The translations under genes and the position numbers were made by a program. Positions 48,366-60,682 of a stretch of DNA of 64,000 bases are shown here, in pieces. Numbering within the stretch: the stretch's first letter is position 1; each line of letters starts with the position of its first letter. This DNA is from Amphiscolops sp. MND2022. Taxonomy: Eukaryota. Where the stretch lies: assembly GCA_964187785.1 (NCBI GenBank), contig OZ076414.1, forward strand, positions 27,838,001 to 27,902,000, in the 5' to 3' direction. The notes below the pieces were generated by a model that was not told where the DNA came from, made no database searches, and worked only from the letters and a program-made list of their open reading frames with translations.

Positions 48366-48559
48366 TAATCTAGCATGCAGTTTACAAGGCTGGACGTTAG
48401 CAAACTGGTAACCACTTCAAAGGTTTTTCTGTCCTTTGCAACTTTCAAAAATTTTCATTCTACGATTTTTCCGTTGTTTTCAGTTGAGCCTTCGGTAATC
48501 CGAATGCCTTTGTAAAAGAAATTCTCTGAGGTGAGAGAGAATTTACTCAATACCTGTGG

Positions 48560-48881
48560 AATAGTCGCAGGGTTTTTCTTTCACTTTTTAAAAAGTCTTC
48601 GGTTTAGAAAAAACCGGTCAACGAGCCTTAAGGGTCTTTTTCGGGTTTTTCGGTACTATGCGACTTTTTTTGAAAGAAAAATTTTTCATTTGAAAAACTT
48701 TATCAGAAAATTGGGTTTTCTGATAATTCCAGTTCCGAAAAAGTTATTTTCGAGTCTCAAGGGTACCCCTTCAGATATTTTCGGCACTGTATGATAATTC
48801 AAAAGTTTCACAACAGTTGTTCCTTGAATATTTCAAACACTTTGCTCTTTTTGAACCGCCTAGGGCCGTTTCCGTCGTGTT
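48560..48881 (+). mobile_element. Related DINE/HINE-like repeat, partial (5' boundary approximate)
   Basis: AAGGGTACCCCTTC subrepeat and 3' end TTTTTGAACC...GGGCCGTTTCCGTCGTGTT resembling the other members. Confidence 0.45.
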
Positions 48882-50820
48882 CTAACATTGACGAGATTCA
48901 TGATATTAATTTGGATGAAACATTTGCCAGTAATGAATTGTGTTGTTCGATTCAGAAAGAGTCACATATACACCTTTCATATATAAACTTCTTTTGTTTG
49001 AACTTCTAGATAAATCTCATGGTGCCATTTTTTCGTGTTTTTTCAGCAAATCTGCCCCATTTCCATGAAGTTTTTTCAAATACTATGTGTATTTTTCATC
49101 TAACCTCTTTCACCTGAATTTCACTGGAAAAACTTTACTTTTCTTACACTGCAAAAAGGAAAGCTCGCAAAATAGAACAAAAACTTACTTCCGCTAGTCC
49201 AAAGGCGGCAAAAAATGTATTATGTTCTTCTGATAACTTTGATCTAGGAGTTCTTCACTGGGTTGTGAAATGGGCTCGTTTGCCGAAAAGGAACAAAAAA
49301 CCATTTTTTTAAAAAATCCACCTCATTACCGACGCGATAACGATGTATTTACATTTTTTTCTCAATATTTTCTTCTCGTTTGATGTGAACACTGCTCCTC
49401 AAACATAACGCTAAATTGCTGTTTATTACGCGACTGAAGTTATTCTGGAATAGAATGGCGATTACCTTGACAGCCACTTAGATTTGCATTGAAAATTGAA
49501 ACTATTTTTTAGTGAAACCTGCAAAAACTCTAAGCTTCAAATTGCCGCACAAACATTTATGAATATTTCAGGAAGCTTTATAAAGGCCGAGTACAACAAG
49601 GAGTATTTTCACATAACTTCCGTGAGAGTTTCAGAAAACCATAGCGAACGTTGCTGGCAACAATATTGTTGTTGGCGCCTCGAAAATAACTTGAAATCAG
49701 CTATTTGAAAAGTACCCTAAAATAGCTCCTAAATGGTGACTGTAAAAAATTGAGTTTTGGAATCACACTCTAGAATGATCGGGGACCGACATATTTTTGG
49801 CCAACTAAACCATCTAGGGCAAAAAACCGGAAATCGAAGGCAATAATTTGAAAAATATTTTTTTCTGGGGCAAAACTAGACTTTTCTTCTAATATAGTTC
49901 AAATTTGGTATTTTATCGTCTTGTTTGTGTATCTTTCAAGTAGGCCCTATTTCGTTATATCTAGTCCAGGCGGAAGCCGATAGAGCTTTTGTAACCTGAT
50001 ACAAGCATTTGTGGGCAAAGAAACAAACATAATCATGAACCACAAAATCTTGTAAATCTTGGTTTTGATATACCAATATCTTTATAAACTTTATCGACTC
50101 GAAAGTGGGCTGTTTGTTAACATTGTGTATCTTTATAGAGCTTTTATGGTGCCCTTATATTTGATTGTAAACTTGACAGTTTATGTAATTTCGTGCATTG
50201 TTAACAACCCAAGTTAACTCCTTCTTGAAGAACAGACCCAAAAAGTGAGATTGAAAACGATTGACATTCCTTGTTCAAGCAACCAAGAAAGTAATTGTTC
50301 GGAACTTTATCGTTTGATTATTCAAGTTAACTTGGGATATTATAGAGCTATTTCGAACTTGTTCTTGTTTTTATACTGGATTCGAGATTCCCACAATATA
50401 TTATTATTGCATTTCTGGCAATTTTTCGCTTGAAAAGATTTTGAGACAGAAGACCTTCAACCTTTTTGGCAAAGTTATTCGACTACGATTTGTTACTCCC
50501 CATTTTCATCGACGAGTCAACGGTTTAGTGAGTTTTATGAGAAAACTCACTTCTCAAGTCAGTAATTTCTATGTTTTCTAAACAAGTCGAAAAGTGGTCA
50601 CAGATGCAGTATATGCTTACCCGACCTCGGAAATATTTTTAAACAATGGGTATTGTCCGGAACTTAAAAAGAAGGGACATTTTGAAGTTTTTGAAAGTAG
50701 TGCATTTTGCAAGTGCCTTTCTCGGAGAAACAATTCTTAGACGTGCCCGCAAATTGTCAACCAGGCCGTCGTAAAGATTGATAAGTGATTTTGTTATCAT
50801 ACCTTGCAGACGTAAAATTT

Positions 50821-50838
50821 TGGTGCCGCGACCCGGGA
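50821..50838 (+). promoter_or_regulatory. Primer-binding site, tRNA-His-like (duplicate at 54074-54091)
   Basis: TGGTGCCGCGACCCGGGA lies 3 nt after the LTR and resembles the complement of the tRNA-His 3' end (TGGTGCCGTGACTCGG) with mismatches. Confidence 0.7.
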
Positions 50839-50887
50839 AGGCTCTGTGCGGGATTCGGTCATTATTTGATTTCCAAAAGAAAATAAA

Positions 50888-52761
50888 ATGGCAGAGCCGA
50901 TTGTACGCGATTTGTGGGACCCCACATATATGACTTCAACAAAAAACGGATTTGAAAGAAAGGTCTGTTTTACTGACTGCTTGAAAAGTTCTTCAACAAT
51001 GAAGGATTGGACAGAACACGAAAAACGTGTCTCAGATCCGATTTTAATTCTCAGAAACCTAGACGCGGATTTCCAGGATCTCGATGCTCAGGGTCCAACT
51101 GTTTGGGTTGACGTTGGTAAATTTTTCTTAACTTACTCAATTTCAAAGGACAAGTTGCGCAAAGAGTTCGAAATGTATCTCCCAATGCTGAAAAATAAGT
51201 TTCAAGGCAGCCGTAAGGAGATTTTGTACAACTTGGAGTACGAACTTCAAAAATATTTTGAGAATTGGAGCAAAAAGTCCTCATATCTTGTGAGCGTGAG
51301 TAGGTTTCCATCGCGCCTGAAGAATGAAAATGACCTAATGAAGTAAATGAAACTCTGCGATCAGTTTTACGACGCCAAACGAATAATTGAAGCAGAAAAC
51401 ATGACAATCAATAAACTAATCGAGCAAAGAGCGAGGTCGAGTCATGTCAAACTGGCTATCCAGAAACTTCAAGATAACAAAGCGATTTAAGATAAAAGTC
51501 TCGATAGTAGACGCAATTGTCTCAAGCCTGATGCTTTGACAACTCTATCACACGCCGAAATAATTGTCACAGAACTGAACTCTGTCGTTCAACAGGCAAT
51601 GACTGACGCTCTGAACTATATTGATAGCTGCAATACAGCGGCAAATGATCCATTGGAAAACATAGAAACACCTGAAGTGTCTGGGTTTGAAAGTTCAGAG
51701 TTATCAAAAGACGATGAGAACCGTTCTCATCCTTTGGAAAAACCCAAGGCGAATGAAACACTTGAAAAAGGATTAAAATTGCTTAAAGAGGCAAATCAAT
51801 CAACGCTATTCCTCAGAACTAACGCCCGGTTTGATAACCCATCTTGTCAACCTCAATTGGCTACTTTTGGTTCCCAAAGAAGATTATCTTTGGCAGACTA
51901 CTCCCCTTCTAGAACATTAGCTATGAGTGAGCCAGCGAAGAAGGCCGGTTCAAAGATAGGCTCCAGTGCTTCGAAAATGAGCGAGCGAAGACGCTCGGAG
52001 ATACAAGCTGAACTGATGGATCAAACATCACAAATGGAAATAGAAAAAAGAGAACGTGAGTTGGAACTAAAGAAGACCCGTAGAGAAATGGAAATGGAGA
52101 AGAAGCTCCAAGAGTTGCAGGCAGAATCGGAAATCGCTGAATTAAAGCGCAAGAAAGCTTTTGAAAGGCAGCAAATGCGGTTGCAAAAAGAAGGCGCTGA
52201 AGGATCAATTCGTGCTTCTTCAATATGTCCTAGCCTGATGTCTCTTACTCTGGAGGAGGACAAAAACAGCGAAATCAAAAGTCGGTTGGACCAAGGCATT
52301 GAAGACTTGGATAAATGCTTCTCACATTCGAGGGAATCTAGCAGAGAAGTAGGAAATAAAGGTGAGTAAAGTTAACCGTCTCAGAAGTTCCAAACATTTG
52401 ATCACAAAAACCTACTATCGCGAACTCAAGGCCGAGGTTCGAGTAAGTCTCCCCAAAGGAAAAACACTGGAATTACCTTTCCGAAAACAAACACTCTGCT
52501 CCAGCAAGGCAATGAGAACCCAAAGCCTAAGTATGAATTCGCGGAACCTTCATTCAAAATAGAAAGTGAATTTCCTTCCTTCACACCAGCAGTTTCGGTA
52601 CAGCAACCTGTACAATTTGTTCAAACAAGCTTACCTAAATTGAAATTATCTGAATTTCATGGAGATCCATTGGAATGGCCAGAATGAACCTGCTTGTTCA
52701 CAGCCACCATCCATAATGCGCCAATTGATGACAAGCAAAAATGAGTCATTTGAAAACACTC
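50888..52761 (+). pseudogene. BEL gag 5' half, copy 1 (single frame broken by in-frame stops)
   Basis: ORFs 50888-51346 and 51536-52369 and the LPKLKL motif (52631) are all in one frame; stops at 51344, 51488, 52367, 52373 and 52685. Confidence 0.85.
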
Positions 52762-54140
52762 ATTCTGGAATAGAATGGCGATTACCTTGACAGCCACTTA
52801 GATTTGCATTGAAAATTGAAACTATTTTTTAGTGAAACCTGCAAAAACTCTAAGCTTCAAATTGCCGCACAAACATTTATGAATATTTCAGGAAGCTTTA
52901 TAAAGGCCGAGTACAACAAGGAGTATTTTCACATAACTTCCGTGAGAGTTTCAGAAAACCATAGCGAACGTTGCTGGCAACAATATTGTTGTTGGCGCCT
53001 CGAAAATAACTTGAAATCAGCTATTTGAAAAGTACCCTAAAATAGCTCCTAAATGGTGACTGTAAAAAATTGAGTTTTGGAATCACACTCTAGAATGATC
53101 GGGGACCGACATATTTTTGGCCAACTAAACCATCTAGGGCAAAAAACCGGAAATCGAAGGCAATAATTTGAAAAATATTTTTTTCTGGGGCAAAACTAGA
53201 CTTTTCTTCTAATATAGTTCAAATTTGGTATTTTATCGTCTTGTTTGTGTATTTAACCTTTCAAGTAGGCCCTTTTTCGTTATATCTAGTCCAGGCGGAA
53301 GCCGATAGAGCTTTTGTAACCTGATACAAGCATTTGTGGGCAAAGAAACAAACATAATCATGAGCCACAAAATCTTGTAAATCTTGGTTTTGATATACCA
53401 ATATCTTTATAAACTTTCTCGACTCGAAAGTGGGCAGTTTGTTAACATTGTGTATCTTTATAGAGCTTTTATGGTGCCCTTATATTTGATTGTAAACTTG
53501 ACAGTTTATGTAATTTCGTGCATTGTTAACAACCCAAGTTAACTCCTTCTTGAAGAACAGACCCAAAAAGTGAGATTGAAAACGATTGACATTCCTTGTT
53601 CAAGCAACCAAGAAAGTAATTGTTCGGAACTTTATCGTTTGATTATCGTTGAATTATTATTGCATTTCTGGCAATTTTTCGCTTGAAAAGATTTTGAGAC
53701 AGAAGACCTTCAACCTTTTTGGCAAAGTTATTCGACTACGATTTGTTACTCCCCATTTTCATCGACGAGTCAACGGTTTAGTGAGTTTTATGAGAAAACT
53801 CACTTCTCAAGTCAGTAATTTCTATGTTTTCTAAACAAGTCGAAAAGTGGTCACAGATGCAGTATATGCTTACCTGACCTCGGAAATATTTTTAAACAAT
53901 GGGTATTGTCCAGAACTTAAAAAGAAGGGACATTTTGAAGTTTTTGAAAGTAGTGCATTTTGCAAGTGCCTTTCTCGGAGAAACATTTCTTAGACGTGCC
54001 CGCAAGTTGTCAACCAGGCCGTCGTAAAGATTGATAAGTGATTTTGTTATCATACCTTGCAGACGTAAAATTTTGGTGCCGCGACCCGGGAAGGCTCTGT
54101 GCGGGATTCGGTCATTATTTGATTTCCAAAAGAAAATAAA

Positions 54141-57100
54141 ATGGCAGAGCCGATTGTACGCGATTTGTGGGACCCCACATATATGACTTCAACAAAAAAC
54201 GGATTTGAAAGAAAGGTCTGTTTTACTGACTGCTTGAAAAGTTCTTCAACAATGAAGGATTGGACAGAACACGAAAAACGTCTCTCAGATCCGATTTTAA
54301 TTCTCAGAAACCTAGACGCGGATTTCCAGGATCTCGATGCTCAGGATCCAACTGTTTGGGTTGACGTTGGTAAATTTTTCTTAACTTACTCAATTTCAAA
54401 GGACAAGTTGCGCAAAGAGTTCGAAATATATCTCCCAATGCTGAAAGATGAGTTTCAAGGCAGCCGTAAGGAGATTTTGTACAACTTGGAGTACGAACTT
54501 CAAAAATATTTTGAGAATTGGAGCAAAAAGTCCTCATATCTTGTGAGCGTGAGTAGGTTTCCATCGCGCCTGAAGAATGAAAATGACCTAATGAAGTAAA
54601 TGAAACTCTGCGATCAGTTTTACGACGCCAAAAGAATAATTGAAGCAGAAAACATGACAATCAATAAACTAATCGAGCAAAGAGCGAGGTCGAGTCATGT
54701 CAAACTGGCTATCCAGAAACTTCAAGATAACAAAGCGATTTAAGATAAAAGTCTCGATAGTAGACGCAATTGTCTCAAGCCTGATGCTTTGACAACTCTA
54801 TCACACGCCGAAATAATTGTCACAGAACTGAACTCTGTCGTTCAACAGGCAATGACTGACGCTCTGAACTATATTGATAGCTGCAATACAGCGGCAAATG
54901 ATCCATTGGAAAACATAGAAACACCTGAAGTGTCTGGGTTTGAAAGTTCAGAGTTATCAAAAGACGATGAGAACCGTTCTCATCCTTTGGAAAAACCCAA
55001 GGCGAATGAAACACTTGAAAAAGGATTAAAATTGCTTAAAGAGGCAAATCAATCAACGCTATTCCTCAGAACTAACGCCCGGTTTGATAACCCATCTTGT
55101 CAACCTCAATTGGCAACTTTTGGTTCCCAAAGAAGATTATCTTTGGCAGACTACTCCCCTTCTAGAACATTAGCTATGAGTGAGCCAGCGAAGAAGGCCG
55201 GTTCAAAGATAGGCTCCAGTGCTTCGAAAATGAGCGAGCGAAGACGCTCGGAGATACAAGCTGAACTGATGGATCAAAAATCACAAATGGAAATAGAAAA
55301 AAGAGAACGTGAGTTGGAACTAAAGAAGACCCGTAGAGAAATGGAAATGGAGAAGAAGCTCCAAGAGTTGCAGGCAGAATCGGAAATCGCTGAATTAAAG
55401 CGCAAGAAAGCTTTTGAAAGGCAGCAAATGCGGTTGCAAAAAGAAGGCGCTGAAGGATCAATTCGTGCTTCTTCAATATGTCCTAGCCTGATGTCTCTTA
55501 CTCTGGAGGAGGACAAAAACAGCGAAATCAAAAGTCGGTTGGACCAAGGCATTGAAGACTTGGATAAATGCTTCTCACATTCGAGGGAATCTAGCAGAGA
55601 AGTAGGAAATAAAGGTGAGTAAAGTTAACCGTCTCAGAAGTTCCAAACATTTGATCACAAAAACCTACTATCGCGAACTCAAGGCCGAGGTTCGAGTAAG
55701 TCTCCCCAAAGGAAAAACACTGGAATTACCTTTCCGAAAACAAACACTCTGCTCCAGCAAGGCAATGAGAACCCAAAGCCTAAGTATGAATTCGCGGAAC
55801 CTTCATTCAAAATAGAAAGTGAATTTCCTTCCTTCACACCAGCAGTTTCGGTACAGCAACCTGTACAATTTGTTCAAACAAGCTTACCTAAATTGAAATT
55901 ATCTGAATTTCATGGAGATCCATTGGAATGGCCAGAATGAACCAGCTTGTTCACAGCCAGCATCCATAATGCGCCACTTGATGACAAGCAAAAATGAGTC
56001 ATTTGAAAACACTCGTTAAAGGCAAGGCCAAGGCAGCTATTGTGGGTCTCGGATACTCAGGAGTCATGTACAGTGCAGCATGGAATGCTTTGGTTACTAA
56101 TTCCGGACGTCCACAAACCGTTGTGAATGCCCAGATGAAGCTAATCCATTTCAGTCCGTTCATCAAGTCGCATGATTCAGCGGCTATTATAAAGTACGCA
56201 CTGTTGATTACTACATGCGTTAATGTGTTGAAACGATTCGGATTCACAGGAGATTTGTATTCCGAGTCCGTCTTGAATTCAGCGTTGAGGAAGTTACCAC
56301 CTGAATTGAAAACCAAGTCGTTTTTCCTTGCGAAGAGCAAAGGCTACTACCATGCTGATCTTTGCAAATTTAGCGAATGGCTGAACGAAGTTGTTTGTGT
56401 CTACCATGAAATGACAGTGCAATTCAAGTCTCAACCAGAGAAAAAAGGCTACGCTAGTACGGAAAAAATGAAAACCTCAACATTTGCTGCTATGCTAATG
56501 AGCAGAACAAATCAACATCTGCATCAACAAAGCAATATCCATTGAAGGATGGCGACCATATTATCTGGATGTGTACGAAGTTTAAACAACAAGGAGTTAA
56601 TGAGAGATACGAAACACGTAAGTTATATAAACTTTGTGTCTGTTGTTTAAACTCACATTTGATGAAGGACTGCAAGTCGGACAGAGTTTGTGGAGTAAAT
56701 GGATGCACCAAGAAACATATCAAGCTTTTGTATTCGGATTCTCCTAAAACAGAAAAAGACAAGAAAACGGAGGAGCCCTTGGCTCATAACAGGGTCGGCG
56801 GTTCTTCAATGCTCTCAACGGGTTGCAGTGATTTCTTACAATTGATACCAATGTCAATCGGAAATGAGAAACGAAGCGATGAAACGATAGTTCTTTGTGA
56901 TACTGGATCCACAGTATCATTTATGGACAAAACTTTGGTCAACCTTTTGAAGTTGAAAGGTAAAGAAGCTGTGATGTCAATAGCTGGAGTTCATGGGCTG
57001 TCCGACTTGAAGACTGAAATTGTTACCGCTAGAATTGGTCCAAGTAAAACAGATACTGCGGGAGAAGAACTGGCCTTCTGCAGTCACCCAAACTTGAATG

Positions 57101-60100
57101 TTGGTGACAGGGTCTACAATTTTACAAAATGGAAAGAAATCCATTCCTGTTTGAACAATTTGCCGAATAAAAAAGTCTCGATGGCTGATGTCAAGGTCAT
57201 GCTTTGTCAAGATGCGTATCACCTGATCAGACCTCGTGAATATAAGTCAGGTGATAGGAATGAGCCTTGGGCGGTCAAAACTTCTTTGTGATGGACAGTG
57301 AGTGGAGCATTACCCAAAACAGAAACAAACTGTTTGGCAGCTTCGTGTAACCTCTCCGTGTCATGGGATCCTTTAGCGGACCAAATGAAAAAATGGTGGG
57401 ACATGGAGACATACGCGTCTGTGTGTGACGTCTCAAGACGTTCTAAGGAGGAAAAGAGAGCCCAAGCAATCTTGTAAAAAACTACCAAACATAACAGCGA
57501 ACGGTATGAAGTAGGACTCCTCTGAACCGATGACAACCCTAATCTGCCGAACAACTATTATTCTCCTTATCAAAAGTTTCTGTCAATAGAGAGAAGATTA
57601 AGCAATGATCCAGAGTTGAAAGAAGCTTACAAAGCTACCTTTGAGAAAGGCTCAAAAAATCATTTTCTACGAAAACTGGAACAAGACGAAGTTGTGAGTA
57701 CAGAAAATGAAATGCAATGGTTTTTACCTCGCCATCCGGTCAAGCACCCACACAAACCAGGCAAGGTCAGAAGAGTTTGTAATGCAGCTTCAAAGTTTAA
57801 AGGCGTTTCGTTGAATGACAAACTTCTCAGCGGACTTGATTTGTTGCGAAATTTAGTTGGAACTGTTGTTAGGTTTAGGGAACACCAAATAGCTATTACC
57901 GCCGATATTGAGTCCATGTTTTTGCAAGTAGCAGTTCCGAAAGGGGAAAATAAACTACTTCGTTTCTTATGGCGTGATACTCCTGAGGACAGCATCGGAA
58001 TCTTCGAGTACAACAGACACGTGTTTGGGGCAAAAAATTCTCCAACTTGTGCGAACTACGGATTTCAACAAGGAGGAAGAGACCACAAGGTTGATTTTCC
58101 TTCAGCAGCATCGACCATTGATAGAAACTTCTACATGGACGATTTAGTGAAAAGTGTTGATAGTCCTCAGGCGGCTATTACTCGTTACCAAGAGTTGGTA
58201 GAGATTCTCAAACGTAGAGGATTCGCATTGAAGAAGTGGACTAGCAACTTTCCGGAAGTTTTAAAAAAAATCCCAGTAGAAGATCGATTAGAAGCAAACG
58301 AATTAACGCAGAATCATCTGCCACCCTAGGTCTGGAGGGGATAATCGATAGAGATTGTCTGCAAGTATGTAGAGGACCTAACAAAGAATGTCCGCAAGAC
58401 ATTACTCAACGAGTAGCGTTATCTTTTGTTTCCTCAGTTTTTGAACCCATGGGACTTTTTGCTATGAGGATGCGAATGCTTTTGAAAAGTATCTGGATTC
58501 GCTTTGGCCAAACATGGGATGAAAAAATTGCGGATGATGATAAACAGGTTTTACTAGATTGGATGACAGAAATGCAAACGATAAAAAACACCCCACTTCC
58601 TCGAAATTATTTTTCCGATAATCTTAAAAACGTTCAACTTCACATCTTCAGTGATGCGTCTCTAGAAGCTATGTGCATCGTCGCTTATTTTCGAGCAGAA
58701 GTCAATGATGGAGTTGAAGTCTCTTTTGTTTTGGGCAAATGTAGAATAGCTCCCATCAAACAAATGTCTATATCTCATCTAGAGCTTCAAGCAGCGGTGT
58801 ATTTAGTAAAATTGGGAACTTTGATTGTTCAAAAAAACGACTTACGTATTGACAGTGTTGCTCATTGGACTGACTCAGTTACTGTGCTTCAATGGTTACA
58901 TTCAGCTGACAAAAAAAAACAAATTGTTTTTGTAGCTAACCGAGCAACTGAGATCTTGGAAAACTCCACAATTGACGAAAGGGAGCACGTTAAAAGTGAA
59001 AATAATCCATCCGATATTGGAAAGCGGGGAATTACTATAAAGAAACTGACAGAAAGTGATTGGCTATCTGGACAATTTGGCTCAAAGACCAGCCTAACAA
59101 TTGGCCTTTGTCTCTGCAACCAATTAACCTGGTGCCTGATGACCATGCTGCAGTTGCAGTAATTGCGAACACAAGCATGACTCAGGAGCCAACAGTTGAT
59201 TGGAGCAGATTTAGCAATTTTTCCAAATGTGTGCGTGTTATTGCATTTTCCTTACGGGTGAAGTTCAAAAGCCAATCCATCCATGCGAATTAAATTGAGC
59301 GGAAGAAATGGTTCTGAAAAAAATCCAACGAGAAACCTTTCTCGAAGTGTATGATGGGAAGCAAATGTTTTGTAAGACAAGCAAAGGTGGAGACATGGCA
59401 AAATTTTCTCCATTTTTCGATGAATTCAGTATAATTAGAATAAGAGGTCGCATCAAACATGCTAATTTGAAATTTCAACAGCGACATCCAATTCTTTTAT
59501 CCACAAAACACAATTTGGTTAGTGTAAGGTTACGTGATTTACATTTGGAAAACAACCATGAGGGAGTAGAGTATGTTAGTAGCGTAATACAACAGAAATT
59601 TTGGATTCTGTGATTACGAAATGCTTTGAGGAACATAAAAAGTAGTTGTGTATACTGCTGCAAATTACGTGCGCAGATAAAATCTCCTCTCATGGCCGAT
59701 TTACCTTCAGAGAGACTTGATGATCAGTCATCTCTTTTTACCCACGTTGGAATGGATTATTTCAGTCCATTCGAGGTTAAAATTTTACGAAGATCGATGA
59801 AACGATGGTGCTGTTTGTTTACATGTTTGACTACCAGAGCAGTACATATCGAAGTGGTTCGAAGCCTTGACACAGATTCCTGCTTGGTAACTCTCAACAG
59901 ATTTATTGTCAGACGTGGCAAGCCAACAACCATCATAAGTGATAATGGTACTAACTGTGTTGGATCCGCGAGAGAGTTAAAAGAGTACATCAACTCGTGG
60001 ACTCAGGCTCAAATTACATCAGAGTTGGCTCAAAAACATATCACATGGAAATATAACCCTCCTGGGGCACCTCATTTTGGGGGTGTTTGGGAGCGGTTGG

Positions 60101-60682
60101 TCAGAAGTTGCAAGAAAGCAATGATGGCAATTCTGGGAAATCGATCTCTGACAGATGAATCTTTGACTACAACTATGTGCTTGGTTGAACAAACATTGAA
60201 TGCGCGTCTTATTACCCCAGCAATTGATGATCCTGCTGATGTGGAGGACCTTACGCCTAATCATTCATTTCATTTTGGGACGTGCTAATGTTTGTATACC
60301 CTTTATCCCCAATGCTGAAGTTTATTCCAATCATCGCAAGATGTTTAGATCTAGTCAAGCTTATGCGGATATGATTTGGAAACGATGGGTTGCAAAATAC
60401 GTACCACAAAACAATGTCAGAACCCAATGGAGTAAACAAGAAGCCAATGTTGAAGTAGGCGACTTAGTATGGTTGGTGGATAACAATGTGAAAAGGTCTC
60501 ATTATAAGATGGCAGGAATCCAAGAAATTTATCCAGCAAAAGACGGTGTAGTGAGATCACTGCTTATCAAAACTCATGACGGTACCTTCAAACGACCTGT
60601 AGTAAAGTTGGCGCTAGTATTCAATGATCGTTTTCAGTCTGGAAACGGGGCCGGCATTGTTGGCGCCTCGAAAAGAACTTGA
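54141..60682 (+). pseudogene. BEL gag-pol pseudogene (copy 2 of gag 5' half continuing through pol)
   Basis: Consecutive fragments 54141-54599, 54789-55622, 55994-56545, 56542-57291, 57616-58329, 58449-59162, 59308-59613, 59626-60288, 60200-60682. Confidence 0.92.

Larger units (their letters stand above)
49442..56014 (+). repeat. ~3.3-kb tandem duplication (49442-52761; 52762-56014) of flank, 5' LTR and gag 5' half
   Basis: Junction GAAAACACTC|ATTCTGGAATAG at 52761/52762; duplicated ORF pairs 49496/52816, 50888/54141 and 51536/54789. Confidence 0.95.

Noticed and set aside
49496-49708. 70-aa ORF duplicated at 52816-53028 and 62-aa LTR ORFs (50245, 61245)
   Set aside because: Short non-ATG frames in flank or LTR, repeated only because of the duplication; unlike the solo-LTR ORFs they do not reach the LTR end.
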